From assembly GCA_016928955.1 (NCBI GenBank), contig JAFGJV010000041.1, forward strand, positions 1 to 35,787: 35,787 bases of DNA, in the 5' to 3' direction. This document shows positions 24,848 to 33,690 of this stretch, in pieces. The translations under genes were made by a program, and so were the position numbers. Under the pieces are notes generated by a model that worked only from the letters and a program-made list of their open reading frames with translations, was not told the origin of the DNA and ran no database searches. Source of the DNA: Spirochaetales bacterium. GTDB lineage: Bacteria; Spirochaetota; Spirochaetia; Treponematales; UBA12059. Every line of letters starts with the position of its first letter. Position 1 is the stretch's first letter.

Positions 24848-25816
24848 ATGGAATACAGGCGTTTGGGACAGGCCGGCGTCAAGGTCAGCGCCTTGTCCCT
24901 TGGCTCGTGGGTTACCTATGGCAAACAGGTGGACATAGACGCCGCGGCGGCGTCTATGAAGGCGGCCTATGACCGCGGTGTCAACTTCTTTGACAACGCC
25001 GAGGCGTACTCGGGGGGCCAGGCTGAGGAGATCATGGGAGCGGCCCTGAAGCGCCTGGGTTGGCGGCGCGGCTCGTACCTGGTATCCACCAAATTCTATT
25101 GGGGCCTGGCGGACGGCCCGAACGAGAAGAACACGCTCAACCGCAAGCGCTTGATGGAAGCCATAGACGGGTCTCTCAGGCGCTTTGGGCTTGAGTACAT
25201 AGACCTGGTCTTCTGCCACCGCCCCGATCCGGACACGTCCATGGAGGAAGTGGTGCGCGCCATGAGCGACATGGTGTCGTCGGGCAAGGCCGTGTACTGG
25301 GGCACCAGCGAGTGGTCTGCCGAGCAGATCAGGGAGGCCTACGCCATTGCGGACAGGCGCAACCTGCATGTGCCCTGGATGGAACAGCCCCAGTACAACA
25401 TCTTTGTGCGAGACAAGGTGGAGAAGGAATTTGCCCCCCTGTACGACGATCCAGGGCTGGGCCTGACCACCTGGAGCCCCCTGGCAAGCGGCGTGCTCAC
25501 GGGCAAGTACGCGTCCGGTGTGCCCCTCAATTCCCGCCTGGCCCTGCCCGGCATGGAGTGGCTCAAGGAGAGCGCCGCAACGCCCGAGCGCGTGGCCGCC
25601 GTGGAGCGCCTGCGCCCCCTGGCCGCCGACCTGGGCGCCAGCCTGGCCCAGCTGGCCATAGCTTTCTGCGCCAGGAATCCGCGCGTCAGCACGGTGATCA
25701 CCGGCGCGTCCAGGCCAGAGCAGGTGGCCGAGAACCTCAAGGCCATCGAGCTGTTGCCCAAGCTGGACGATGGCGTCATGGCGGCCATACAAGAGGCGGT
25801 ACGCGGTGTCAAATGA
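24848..25816 (+). CDS. Aldo/keto reductase (Kv-beta/AKR6-like)
   Basis: [35 protein letters not shown]. Confidence 0.95.
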   Translation: MEYRRLGQAGVKVSALSLGSWVTYGKQVDIDAAAASMKAAYDRGVNFFDNAEAYSGGQAEEIMGAALKRLGWRRGSYLVSTKFYWGLADGPNEKNTLNRKRLMEAIDGSLRRFGLEYIDLVFCHRPDPDTSMEEVVRAMSDMVSSGKAVYWGTSEWSAEQIREAYAIADRRNLHVPWMEQPQYNIFVRDKVEKEFAPLYDDPGLGLTTWSPLASGVLTGKYASGVPLNSRLALPGMEWLKESAATPERVAAVERLRPLAADLGASLAQLAIAFCARNPRVSTVITGASRPEQVAENLKAIELLPKLDDGVMAAIQEAVRGVK

Positions 25817-26123
25817 GGACCCGGGCCGCGCGCCGGCCAGCGAGGGCGACCCGAACCCGGACTTTGGCGGCCAGCGCGTGCGCTATCCGGTCAGCTTTGA
25901 GCTCAGGATCATATACGTGATAGCGTCGGGGGCCACGCTCGAGGAGGACGCCCTTCGCATCCTGTCGGCGCGCCGGGCATCTCCGGCCATGCCCAAGATA
26001 CTGCCCGCGTCGGGAACCCGCTACGGCCGCATGGCCATAGCGGTGACCTTTGCCGACCAGGACAGCATGCGCGCGGCCTACGCGGACCTGGCCGCCCTGC
26101 CCTGCGTCAAGGCCGTGATGTGA
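25806..26123 (+). CDS. DUF493/YbeD-like small protein
   Basis: [10 protein letters not shown] ... S.GTRY ... [18 protein letters not shown] resembles the YbeD ACT-like fold; translationally coupled on both sides. Confidence 0.7.
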   Translation: MSNEDPGRAPASEGDPNPDFGGQRVRYPVSFELRIIYVIASGATLEEDALRILSARRASPAMPKILPASGTRYGRMAIAVTFADQDSMRAAYADLAALPCVKAVM

Positions 26124-26962
26124 TGGTCCAGCGCCTCGATGTGCTTTACCAGGACGACGAGCTTTTGGCCGTGGACAAGCCCTCAGGCCTTGCGTCCATA
26201 GCCCCGGACGGATCCAAGGCCCGGTCGGCCCTGTCCATAGCCACGGCCATACTCAGGCGCCGCAACCCCAAGGGGCGTGCGGCCGTGGTGCACCGCCTGG
26301 ACCGCGACACCTCCGGGGTGCTCCTGTTCGCGACCAACGCCCGGGTCAAGACCGAGCTGATGGCCGGCTGGGACAGGCTGGTGCTGGAGCGCAGGTACGT
26401 GGCCGTGGTCGAGGGGTCCCTGCCCGCCGACCAGGGCACGCTGGACAACTGGCTGGTGGAACGGAACGTGGGGCGCGTGATGGTGGCCGGACCAGGCGAG
26501 CGCGGAGCCCTGCGCGCCCTGACCCGCTACCGGGTGCTCAGAAAGGGAGCGGTGTACAGCCTGGTCGAGCTGGATCTGGAAACGGGGCGCAAGCACCAGA
26601 TACGGGCCCAGTTGGCCGCGGCCGGCTGTCCGGTGGCCGGCGACCAGCGCTACGGCGCCCGGTGCGATCCCCTAGGCCGCCTTTGCCTCCACGCAACCTT
26701 GTTGTCACTCAAAAGGCCCGCCCCCCGGGAACCCGAGCGGGTCCTGCGCTTTGAAAGCCCCGTGCCCGAGTCCTTTGAGTCGGCCGTAAACCGGGCCGAG
26801 GCTCAGGGGCGCGGGCCGCCTGACCGTTCCGGCAGAGGCCGGGCGTACGGGGGAAGACCCCCAGCACCGTCGGGAACCAGGAGTGGCCCCAGGAAGTCGT
26901 CCTCTCGGAAGCCGACGGATACCAGGCGGAGGCCAAAGGCACCCAGGGCGCCTGGCACCTGA
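26120..26962 (+). CDS. RluA-family pseudouridine synthase
   Basis: VDKPSG, VHRLDRDTSG, TGRKHQIR, GDQRYG, LCLHA. Confidence 0.93.
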   Translation: MMVQRLDVLYQDDELLAVDKPSGLASIAPDGSKARSALSIATAILRRRNPKGRAAVVHRLDRDTSGVLLFATNARVKTELMAGWDRLVLERRYVAVVEGSLPADQGTLDNWLVERNVGRVMVAGPGERGALRALTRYRVLRKGAVYSLVELDLETGRKHQIRAQLAAAGCPVAGDQRYGARCDPLGRLCLHATLLSLKRPAPREPERVLRFESPVPESFESAVNRAEAQGRGPPDRSGRGRAYGGRPPAPSGTRSGPRKSSSRKPTDTRRRPKAPRAPGT

Positions 26963-27675
26963 GCGCGGTCACCCGAGTCCAGGGCCCGGCGTATGCTGTC
27001 CTCGTTCATGCGCCCCTGGCCGGCGGCCAGCACCGACGCGGCCATCAACCGCGCCTGGTTGTACAGAAAACCGTCCGCTGTGAACCGGAGGTCGACCGCC
27101 GGCCCGGCGCGCTCCACCCTGGCGTGCGCAAGCGTCCGCCTGAAATCCAGGGCGTCGCTCTTGGCGTTGGTGAACGCGCGGAAGCGGTGCGGACCCTCAA
27201 AAGCGGCGGCCGCTCTGATCATGGCCCGGTCGTCTAGGGGCTTGGGCACCTTGAACGACCAGCGTCGCTCGCTCCTGCCTCCCGAACCATCCAGCAGGCG
27301 GTACGCGTAGGTCTTGTCCACGGCCCGGTAGCGGGCGTGGAAACCCGGCCTGGCTTCCCTGAGGCCCGCGCAGGCCATATCCGCTGGAAGGACGCCGTTC
27401 AAGGCGCGCCCGAGCTCGGCCAGCGGCAGGGCGCAGTCCGTCCACAGGCTGGCAGCCTGACCGTCCGCGTGCACGCCGGCGTCGGTCCTGCCAGCCCCAG
27501 CAACCCTGGACGCCTGTCCGGTCACGGCTTCCAGCGCCCGCTCCAGTTCCTCCTGGACGGTCCTGGCCGCACCCGGCAGACGCTGCCAGCCCTTGAAGTC
27601 CGTTCCGTCATAGGCCACCACGAGGAGGATACAACGGGCCGGTCCCGCCCCTCCCCGCGTCCCGCGCTTTGCCAT
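26803..27675 (-). CDS. truA: tRNA pseudouridine(38-40) synthase TruA family
   Basis: VAYDGTDFKGWQ, GAGRTDAGVHA, FHARY, ADGFLYNQAR; start MAKRG after GGAGG. Confidence 0.9.
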   Translation of the reverse strand: MAKRGTRGGAGPARCILLVVAYDGTDFKGWQRLPGAARTVQEELERALEAVTGQASRVAGAGRTDAGVHADGQAASLWTDCALPLAELGRALNGVLPADMACAGLREARPGFHARYRAVDKTYAYRLLDGSGGRSERRWSFKVPKPLDDRAMIRAAAAFEGPHRFRAFTNAKSDALDFRRTLAHARVERAGPAVDLRFTADGFLYNQARLMAASVLAAGQGRMNEDSIRRALDSGDRAQVPGALGAFGLRLVSVGFREDDFLGPLLVPDGAGGLPPYARPLPERSGGPRP

Positions 27676-27733
27676 GCCGCCTCCGGCCGCGCCACCTTGC
27701 CAGCGCGCCCGCTTCATGCTACCACGGAGTCCT

Positions 27734-28654
27734 ATGGAAGGCCCACACTTCGAGTTCCGGCCCGTTACCCGGGCGGACAAGGCGGCGGTCAACGCCCTGT
27801 GCTCAAAAATCTGGGGTGGAGAAGACTATCTGCCCGGCTGCTTTGACAGCTGGGTGGCCGACGAGCGCGGCCGCTTCACCGCCTGCGTGCTGGACGGCCG
27901 CGTCATAGGCCTGGGCAAGCTGAGCTTTCTGGCGCCCGGCCACGCCTGGCTGGAAGGCCTCCGCAAGGACCCTGACGTCCAGGTCAAAGGCGTGGGCAAG
28001 GCCATGTGCCTGGAGCAATTGCGCGTCCTTGCGGGCCTGCCCGGCATCAGGTCCGTGCGCTTTTCCGCCTACGCCCACAATCCACCGACCATAGCCCTGA
28101 ACGAGAGCCTGGGCTTCAAACGCGTCGACACATACACGGTCAAGTCCAAGGTCCTGCGCGGCGGGCAGGGACGGGCCTTTGGGCGAGCGCTCAAGGAGCC
28201 GAGCCCGAGGGGCTTCAGCCTGCGGCCGGCCGCGGCGGACGCTGTCATGGAGCGTTTCAAAAAAGCCGGCTGGTTCAGGCGCTACCGACTGGAAGCGTGG
28301 AAGGCCTATCCCCTGGACGCCTGCCCCGCCCTGCGCCCTGACGACACGGTGCTGGAGGCCGTGGACCAGGCTGGAGCGTCCGTTGGGGCCATTGCCTGGG
28401 CCCTCGATACCCTGAAACGCCAGGTCAGCATACTGGCCCTGTCGGCGGACGCGCCTGCTGTGGCCGCGGCCCTCTGCCACGCGGCGGAAAACGCGGGCAG
28501 GGACGCGGGCCTGTACTCTATGGAGGCCATTGTGCCCCTGGACAGGGCGCTGTGCGGCATGTTCGACAAGGCCGGGTACCGGAGCTGGGATACCGAGGAG
28601 GATTTCCTGGTGTACGAGTACCCCCTGGCCGAGCTGGCCAGGCACGCCACCTGA
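27734..28654 (+). CDS. GNAT-family acetyltransferase
   Basis: IWGGEDYL, AWLEGLRKDP..QVKGVG, N.PTIALNESLGF. Confidence 0.8.
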   Translation: MEGPHFEFRPVTRADKAAVNALCSKIWGGEDYLPGCFDSWVADERGRFTACVLDGRVIGLGKLSFLAPGHAWLEGLRKDPDVQVKGVGKAMCLEQLRVLAGLPGIRSVRFSAYAHNPPTIALNESLGFKRVDTYTVKSKVLRGGQGRAFGRALKEPSPRGFSLRPAAADAVMERFKKAGWFRRYRLEAWKAYPLDACPALRPDDTVLEAVDQAGASVGAIAWALDTLKRQVSILALSADAPAVAAALCHAAENAGRDAGLYSMEAIVPLDRALCGMFDKAGYRSWDTEEDFLVYEYPLAELARHAT

Positions 28655-28669
28655 GGGCGGGCGGAAACG

Positions 28670-29206
28670 CTAGGCCGTGCCCTTTTCCAGTTCCAGGAGG
28701 AATTTCTTGCGCTCAAGGCCGCCTGAGTAGCCGCCCAGGCCGCCGCCAGACGCCACCACGCGGTGGCAGGGCACCAGGATGGCCACCGGGTTGCGAGCGT
28801 TTGCCTGGGCCACGGCGCGCACGGCCGCCGGCCGGCCCAACGAGCGGGCTTCCTGCGCGTAACTGACGGTTGTCCCGTAAGGTATGGCCGCAAGGGCCTT
28901 CCACGCGTCCTTCTGGAACGCCGTGCCGTTCAGCTCAAGCTCGATATCAAAAGAACGGCGGCGGCCGCCAAAGTACTCGGCAAGCTGGGCCTCTAGTCTG
29001 TCATGCAGGGTTTCCCGGCCGTCGCGCACGGGGGTGGCCAGGGCGGCGGCCAGGGCCGAAAGCCCCTTGCCCGCCGCGGGCCTGTCCGCAAAGTCCAGGT
29101 AGCACAGGCGCCCTCCGCGCACCCCGGCCATTATGGGACCGAGCGGGGAATCCATACGGGCCATAACGATGGGGGCGGAATCGGACGCCGGCCGCCTGGC
29201 TTTCAT
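28670..29206 (-). CDS. ogt: Methylated-DNA--protein-cysteine methyltransferase
   Basis: GTAFQ..W, IPYGTTVSY, AVRAVAQANARNP, active-site PCHRV. Confidence 0.93.
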   Translation of the reverse strand: MKARRPASDSAPIVMARMDSPLGPIMAGVRGGRLCYLDFADRPAAGKGLSALAAALATPVRDGRETLHDRLEAQLAEYFGGRRRSFDIELELNGTAFQKDAWKALAAIPYGTTVSYAQEARSLGRPAAVRAVAQANARNPVAILVPCHRVVASGGGLGGYSGGLERKKFLLELEKGTA

Positions 29207-29216
29207 GCCGGTGCTC

Positions 29217-29423
29217 CTACTTCTTCTTGTTGGACGCGCGATACTCGTCCACGGTCTTCTTGAACGACGACTTGTCGCCACCGTAGACCTTGTCTATGTA
29301 CTCGATGATGAGGTCGATGGCGCCCTCGCTGTCCGTCTTGCCGTTGATGGAGCACAGGCCCCTGAACATGGTCAGGATGTTGTTCGGTATGCCTTTGACC
29401 AGAAAATCCACTTTATCAGCCAT
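29217..29423 (-). CDS. 68-aa protein, probable ribbon-helix-helix DNA-binding protein
   Basis: GGAGGA RBS and good codon bias. VDFLVKGIP-NNILTMFRGLCSINGKT-DSEGAIDLIIEYI fits the beta-alpha-G-alpha spacing of Arc/ParG-type RHH (inference). Confidence 0.7.
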   Translation of the reverse strand: MADKVDFLVKGIPNNILTMFRGLCSINGKTDSEGAIDLIIEYIDKVYGGDKSSFKKTVDEYRASNKKK

Positions 29424-29530
29424 TGCGTCCTCCGTTGTTTTGCTCGCGCGGCGGCCGGGCTTTTAAGGCACGGGCCGGCGCGCCGCACGCCACCAGTGTA
29501 CCACAGCCGCGCCGGGCGCGATAGCGCAGG

Positions 29531-29562
29531 AATAAAAACAGAGGGCCCCCAAGGGGGCCCCC
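29531..29562 (-). terminator. Rho-independent terminator of the PEGA gene
   Basis: Minus strand GGGGGCCCCC-TT-GGGGGCCCTC followed by TGTTTTTATT. Confidence 0.75.
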
Positions 29563-29593
29563 GCGTCGTCCGTTCAGATACCGGCGTACCGGC

Positions 29594-30757
29594 TCAGTCA
29601 GCTTCCTTGATGCCGAAGAAGGGCATGAGCACGTAGTTCTTGCCGCCCTCAAACACGAACTCCATCTGGATCTGGAAGGCGCCGCTCACCAGGCGGATGA
29701 TGTGCTTGCCCGGCGCTATCTGGCCCTGGAAATTCTTCTGGGCAACGTTGTCGATGTACAGCTTGATCTGGCCCCAGGGATTGCGCTTGACCGCCGGGTT
29801 CACCAGCTCGTCGGGCAGCTCGAAGCTGTAGGTGGCCATCTGGGGCTGGAGGTTGGGCGTTAAGCTGTAGCCGCCGCCGCCTATGGTCACCTGCATGTTG
29901 AGGTCTATGAAACCGGCCAGGCGTATGGTCAGCGCGTAGGTGCCCGGCTGTACCTGGATGGTGAACTGGCCGCCCTGGCTCTTGCCGTAGCTGATGCCGT
30001 TGAGGAACACCTCTGCGCCTGGCAGGAGATTGCCCAGGCTGAAGGGTACCAAGGCCGCCTGCATGATGGCGTTGACCGTGACCGAGCCGGACACCATGAT
30101 GTTCTGGCTGTAGTCGTTGTAGCCGGCAGCCTTGACCACCACCAGGTGGTTGCCCATGGATATAGGCGCCACGTACGGCGTCTTGCCCACCATCATGTTG
30201 TCCAGGTACACGTCGGCGCCCTGCACGTTCGAGTTGACGCTCAGGGTCTGGGACGCCTGCAGGACGGCGTTGATGGTCAGGGCGCCGCTCACGCGCACGT
30301 TCTGCACATAGTCGTTGTAGCCCGGCGCCTTGACCGCCACCGTGTACGAGCCGGTGGCCAGGAGGGCGGTAAAGGGCGTCTCGCCGGCGTACACGTTGTT
30401 GATGTACACGTCCGCGCCGGGCACGTTGGCCGTTATGGTCACGTTGTTGGTTGTCACGGGCGTGGTGCTCTGGCCGGTGGGCACCAGGACCACGTTCAGG
30501 GTAACGGGCATGGTGCCTATGGTCACCTTGGTGACGAAGGGCTGGAAGCCCGTCTTCTGGACGCTGACGTCATAGGTGCCCTTGGACAACAATATGGAGA
30601 AATTCGGGCTCGTGTTGCCGGCTATCCTGCCGTTTATGTACACCTGGGCCCCGGCCTGGTTGCACACTATATTGAGCGACACCCGTGTCTGGGCGGACAC
30701 CGCAACGGCGCCCAAGGCCAGAAGCGCCATGATGACAAGGACAGTCTTCCGTTTCAT
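29594..30757 (-). CDS. Exported multi-PEGA-domain protein
   Basis: Signal peptide; about four repeats of N-x-x-G-A-x-V-Y-I-N...G-x-T-P...G-x-Y-x-V-x-V-K-x-x-G-Y. Confidence 0.92.
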   Translation of the reverse strand: MKRKTVLVIMALLALGAVAVSAQTRVSLNIVCNQAGAQVYINGRIAGNTSPNFSILLSKGTYDVSVQKTGFQPFVTKVTIGTMPVTLNVVLVPTGQSTTPVTTNNVTITANVPGADVYINNVYAGETPFTALLATGSYTVAVKAPGYNDYVQNVRVSGALTINAVLQASQTLSVNSNVQGADVYLDNMMVGKTPYVAPISMGNHLVVVKAAGYNDYSQNIMVSGSVTVNAIMQAALVPFSLGNLLPGAEVFLNGISYGKSQGGQFTIQVQPGTYALTIRLAGFIDLNMQVTIGGGGYSLTPNLQPQMATYSFELPDELVNPAVKRNPWGQIKLYIDNVAQKNFQGQIAPGKHIIRLVSGAFQIQMEFVFEGGKNYVLMPFFGIKEAD

Positions 30758-31175
30758 TCGCATGCTCCTTATACGGCGGGCTCTTGCGTCCCCGCCCGAT
30801 CGTTATCCACCAGCGTGGCCCGGCGCGAGCGCCGCCTGGCACCTTGGCAAGTATACGACGTAAAAATCCCCAAATCCACGGGGGGTTACCGAGAATCGGC
30901 CCTGAACGCGCGGCGGCCCGCGGAACCCTGGCGGGCGTTTTGTCCCGGGGCTATGGTTTTCCGGTCCCGCCGCGTTATACTGAAAGGTACGACGCTCGTT
31001 AACCCGGCGCCCGGCACGACGGGTCCCTGGCACACCGGGCGGCAAAAATGTTGGAGCGCGCCGCGCCCTCCATCCCGCCCCGGGCGGCGGACAGGGGCGG
31101 CGCGCGCAGAAATCGGCAGCCGCCGTATCCTGGCGGGGCCTATGCTTGTTATCGTGCGTGTCAAGGAGGATTACC

Positions 31176-31805
31176 ATGACGAGGAAGATCATAGCCATGG
31201 CCGTGTTCGCGACGCTGGCCGCCTCTGGAGCCTTTGCCCAGATCGGCTTGGGCCTGAGCGGCGCCTACTATTCGGACACCAACCTGACCGCCAGCGAGAC
31301 GGTCAACATCTTCCAGGAGGGCGAGGGCATCTTCTACGGACCCTTTGCCGAGCTGGGCCTTGGCAAGCTGGCCCTGGGCATAGCGGCCAACGTGTCCGCC
31401 TACGACTACGACTACTTTGGCAACGGCGACCTCTACCCCATGATGGAGTATGACGTCAACTTCTACATGCAGAGCCACTTCCTGGGCTACGCGTCCTTCC
31501 TGGACCCCTTCCTTGAGCTGGGTCTGGGCGGCATGGGCTTTGACTTCCAGGACGAAGTGGACCCGGATCCGGACAATCCCCTGATGGCCTCCAATTACTG
31601 GCACTTTGGCGGCGGCCTGGGCGTCAACGCCGGCTTCCTGGGCGCCTTCTTCAAGGTTCTGTACATGTTCGACCTAGGCGCCGCGGACATGACCTACTAT
31701 CAGGATGATGATGGTGATGGTCACTTCGAAGAAGCGCTCACCGAAGGCACCCCCTACCCCCTGCGCCGCCTGAAGGTGCTCTTGGGAGTCAAGGTCAACC
31801 TGTAA
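31176..31805 (+). CDS. Exported protein, probable small outer-membrane beta-barrel
   Basis: AAGGAGG RBS, signal peptide AFA-Q, amphipathic strands (DPFLELGLG, FGGGLGVN), terminal LGVKVNL. Confidence 0.7.
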   Translation: MTRKIIAMAVFATLAASGAFAQIGLGLSGAYYSDTNLTASETVNIFQEGEGIFYGPFAELGLGKLALGIAANVSAYDYDYFGNGDLYPMMEYDVNFYMQSHFLGYASFLDPFLELGLGGMGFDFQDEVDPDPDNPLMASNYWHFGGGLGVNAGFLGAFFKVLYMFDLGAADMTYYQDDDGDGHFEEALTEGTPYPLRRLKVLLGVKVNL

Positions 31806-31827
31806 GGCTCACGCGTTTTGGACACAC

Positions 31828-31863
31828 AAGCCCCGGAGGCCACGGCCCCCGGGGCTTTTTTTT
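31828..31863 (+). terminator. Rho-independent terminator
   Basis: AAGCCCCGG...CCGGGGCTT followed by a T-tract. Confidence 0.88.
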
Positions 31864-31880
31864 ATAGCCGCCGCCGCCGC

Positions 31881-32243
31881 TCAGCCGGGCTTGTGGGCGT
31901 CCTTGAAGGCGGCGGCCATCCTGGCCCAGCCTTCGGCCTGGTCGCCCAGCACAGCGTCGGCCCCGTTCCTGACCGCAGGCGTCCTTAAGAGCAGGGGATC
32001 GGCCAGAATCTCCTCCACCGGGTCAATGTCCATGTAGGCCAAGCCGCGCTTTTTGTACCTGGCCCCGTCAGTGTCCAGAAGGCCGTCCGTTCCGGCCGCC
32101 CTGCGCAGGGCCTCTAGCTCGCCCGGGCTTATGCCCGTGTCGGCAAGGTCCACAAACTGGTACGGCACGTCCCGTTCCTTGAAAAAGCGCTCGGCCTTGC
32201 GCGACACGGCGCACTTTCTGCTCCCAAAGATCTGTATGCCCAT
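31881..32243 (-). CDS. ArsC/Spx/MgsR-family protein
   Basis: MGIQIFGSRKCAVSRKAERFFKER, ISPGEL, PLLLRTP; GGGAGG RBS. Confidence 0.88.
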   Translation of the reverse strand: MGIQIFGSRKCAVSRKAERFFKERDVPYQFVDLADTGISPGELEALRRAAGTDGLLDTDGARYKKRGLAYMDIDPVEEILADPLLLRTPAVRNGADAVLGDQAEGWARMAAAFKDAHKPG

Positions 32244-32296
32244 GGTCGCCTCCCGCCAGGCTCGCAGTATACTCCCTGGTCGACGCTCGGGGCCAG

Positions 32297-32318
32297 CCAC
32301 ATCAAAGCTTCGATACAC
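32297..32318. repeat. Solo copy of the CCACATCAAAGCTTCGA(C/T)ACAC motif
   Basis: 21/22 identical to 17408-17429. Confidence 0.85.
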
Positions 32319-32374
32319 AAGCTTTGGCTTCACAAACGGCCGTCAGCCATGCATACTGGCTGCGGAGGACAGCC

Positions 32375-33661
32375 GTGCCCGTTATCGTCCTGGTGCTTGT
32401 CATTTTTGCCCTGGTGGTCGTGGCCACCGCCAAAAAGGTCCACCTGGGCCTGGCGGCAGCGCTTGGCGGCCTGGCTTTTGCCCTGGCGCGGGGCATGCTG
32501 GTCTTGGATGTCCTGCGGGCCGCCCTGGCCGAGGCCCTGTCTGCCGACACCCTGCTCCTTCTCGGCATCATGGCGGGCATCATGGCCTTCTCCAGGGCCA
32601 TGAAGAACGCCGGAGCCATGGACCGCCTGTCCTTGGCCCTGGTGCAGGCGGCTCCTTCTCGGCGCGTCGCCCTGGCCGCAGCTCCCCTTCTGATAGGCAC
32701 CCTGCCCATGCCCGGCGGGGCCATCATGTCGGCCCCGCTGGTGGACGCCATGGACCCCGAGCGCAGTCTGGGAGGCGCGCGCCTTTCCGCTACCAACTAT
32801 TGGTTCAGGCACAACCTGGAGCTTGCCTGGCCCCTGTACCCGGCCTTCATCCTGACATCGTCCCTCTCAGGCATAGCCACGGGCAGGCTGATGCTCCTCA
32901 ATGCCTACGCTTTTCCGGTCCTGTTCGCGCTGGGACTGATCTTCATCCTGCCCAAAACGAGCCTTCCGCCGGTGGAGAGGAAGCAGGGCGGCCTTTCCGC
33001 CCTGGCGGCTGGGCTTGCGCCCCTGGCCATGGTGCTTGCGGTATACGCGGCCCTGGATATGGTCCTGCGCTCGGTCCTGCCCGGCCTGGTGGCAAACGCG
33101 AGCCTTCGCGCCCTGGTCCAGCGATATCTGCCCATCGGCCTGGGCCTGGCGGCCGGGTGCGCCTGGCTCCTGTCCCGCACGCCGCGCGGAGACGCCCGCA
33201 AGGGCTTGTTCAAAGGCGCCCTGAACGCCGGAACGGTAAAGCTCCTGGCCGTCATCATGGGCATACGCGTGTTCTCGGCCCTCCTGGGCGCGGCCGGGGC
33301 GGCCACGGACTCGGCGGCCGAGCTGGCCGCGTGGGGCATACCGGGCCTGGTGGCTGTGGCCCTTTTGCCCTTTGTGGCGGGCCTGGTGACCGGCGTGGGC
33401 TTTGGCTACGTGGGCCTGGCCTTTCCCATCATCCTGGGCCTCATACCGTCGGGCTTTCCCCTGGAGGCCGGCGTGGTGCTGGCGGGCGCCTTTGGCTACG
33501 CGGGCATGATGTTGTCGCCCCTGCACGTGTGCATGGTGGTGAGCGCCGAGCACTTTGGGACGGGCCTTGCGGGCACCATACGGCGCTTTGCCCTGCCATT
33601 GGCCGCCTTTGTGGCCGTGGGTAGCGCGTACGCCTTTGTGCTCTCGACCGTGTTGCGCTAA
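32375..33661 (+). CDS. DUF401-family membrane protein (putative transporter)
   Basis: IGTLPMPGGAIMSAP, NYWFRH...WPLYP and GMMLSPLHVC motifs; GGAGGA RBS before GTG. Confidence 0.82.
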   Translation: MPVIVLVLVIFALVVVATAKKVHLGLAAALGGLAFALARGMLVLDVLRAALAEALSADTLLLLGIMAGIMAFSRAMKNAGAMDRLSLALVQAAPSRRVALAAAPLLIGTLPMPGGAIMSAPLVDAMDPERSLGGARLSATNYWFRHNLELAWPLYPAFILTSSLSGIATGRLMLLNAYAFPVLFALGLIFILPKTSLPPVERKQGGLSALAAGLAPLAMVLAVYAALDMVLRSVLPGLVANASLRALVQRYLPIGLGLAAGCAWLLSRTPRGDARKGLFKGALNAGTVKLLAVIMGIRVFSALLGAAGAATDSAAELAAWGIPGLVAVALLPFVAGLVTGVGFGYVGLAFPIILGLIPSGFPLEAGVVLAGAFGYAGMMLSPLHVCMVVSAEHFGTGLAGTIRRFALPLAAFVAVGSAYAFVLSTVLR

Positions 33662-33690
33662 ATGCGCCGGCCCTGGAGCGTCGCCCCGGG

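Noticed and set aside
30803..30811. DnaA box / oriC
   Set aside because: A single imperfect TTATCCACC, with no box cluster, no AT-rich unwinding element and no dnaA or dnaN nearby.
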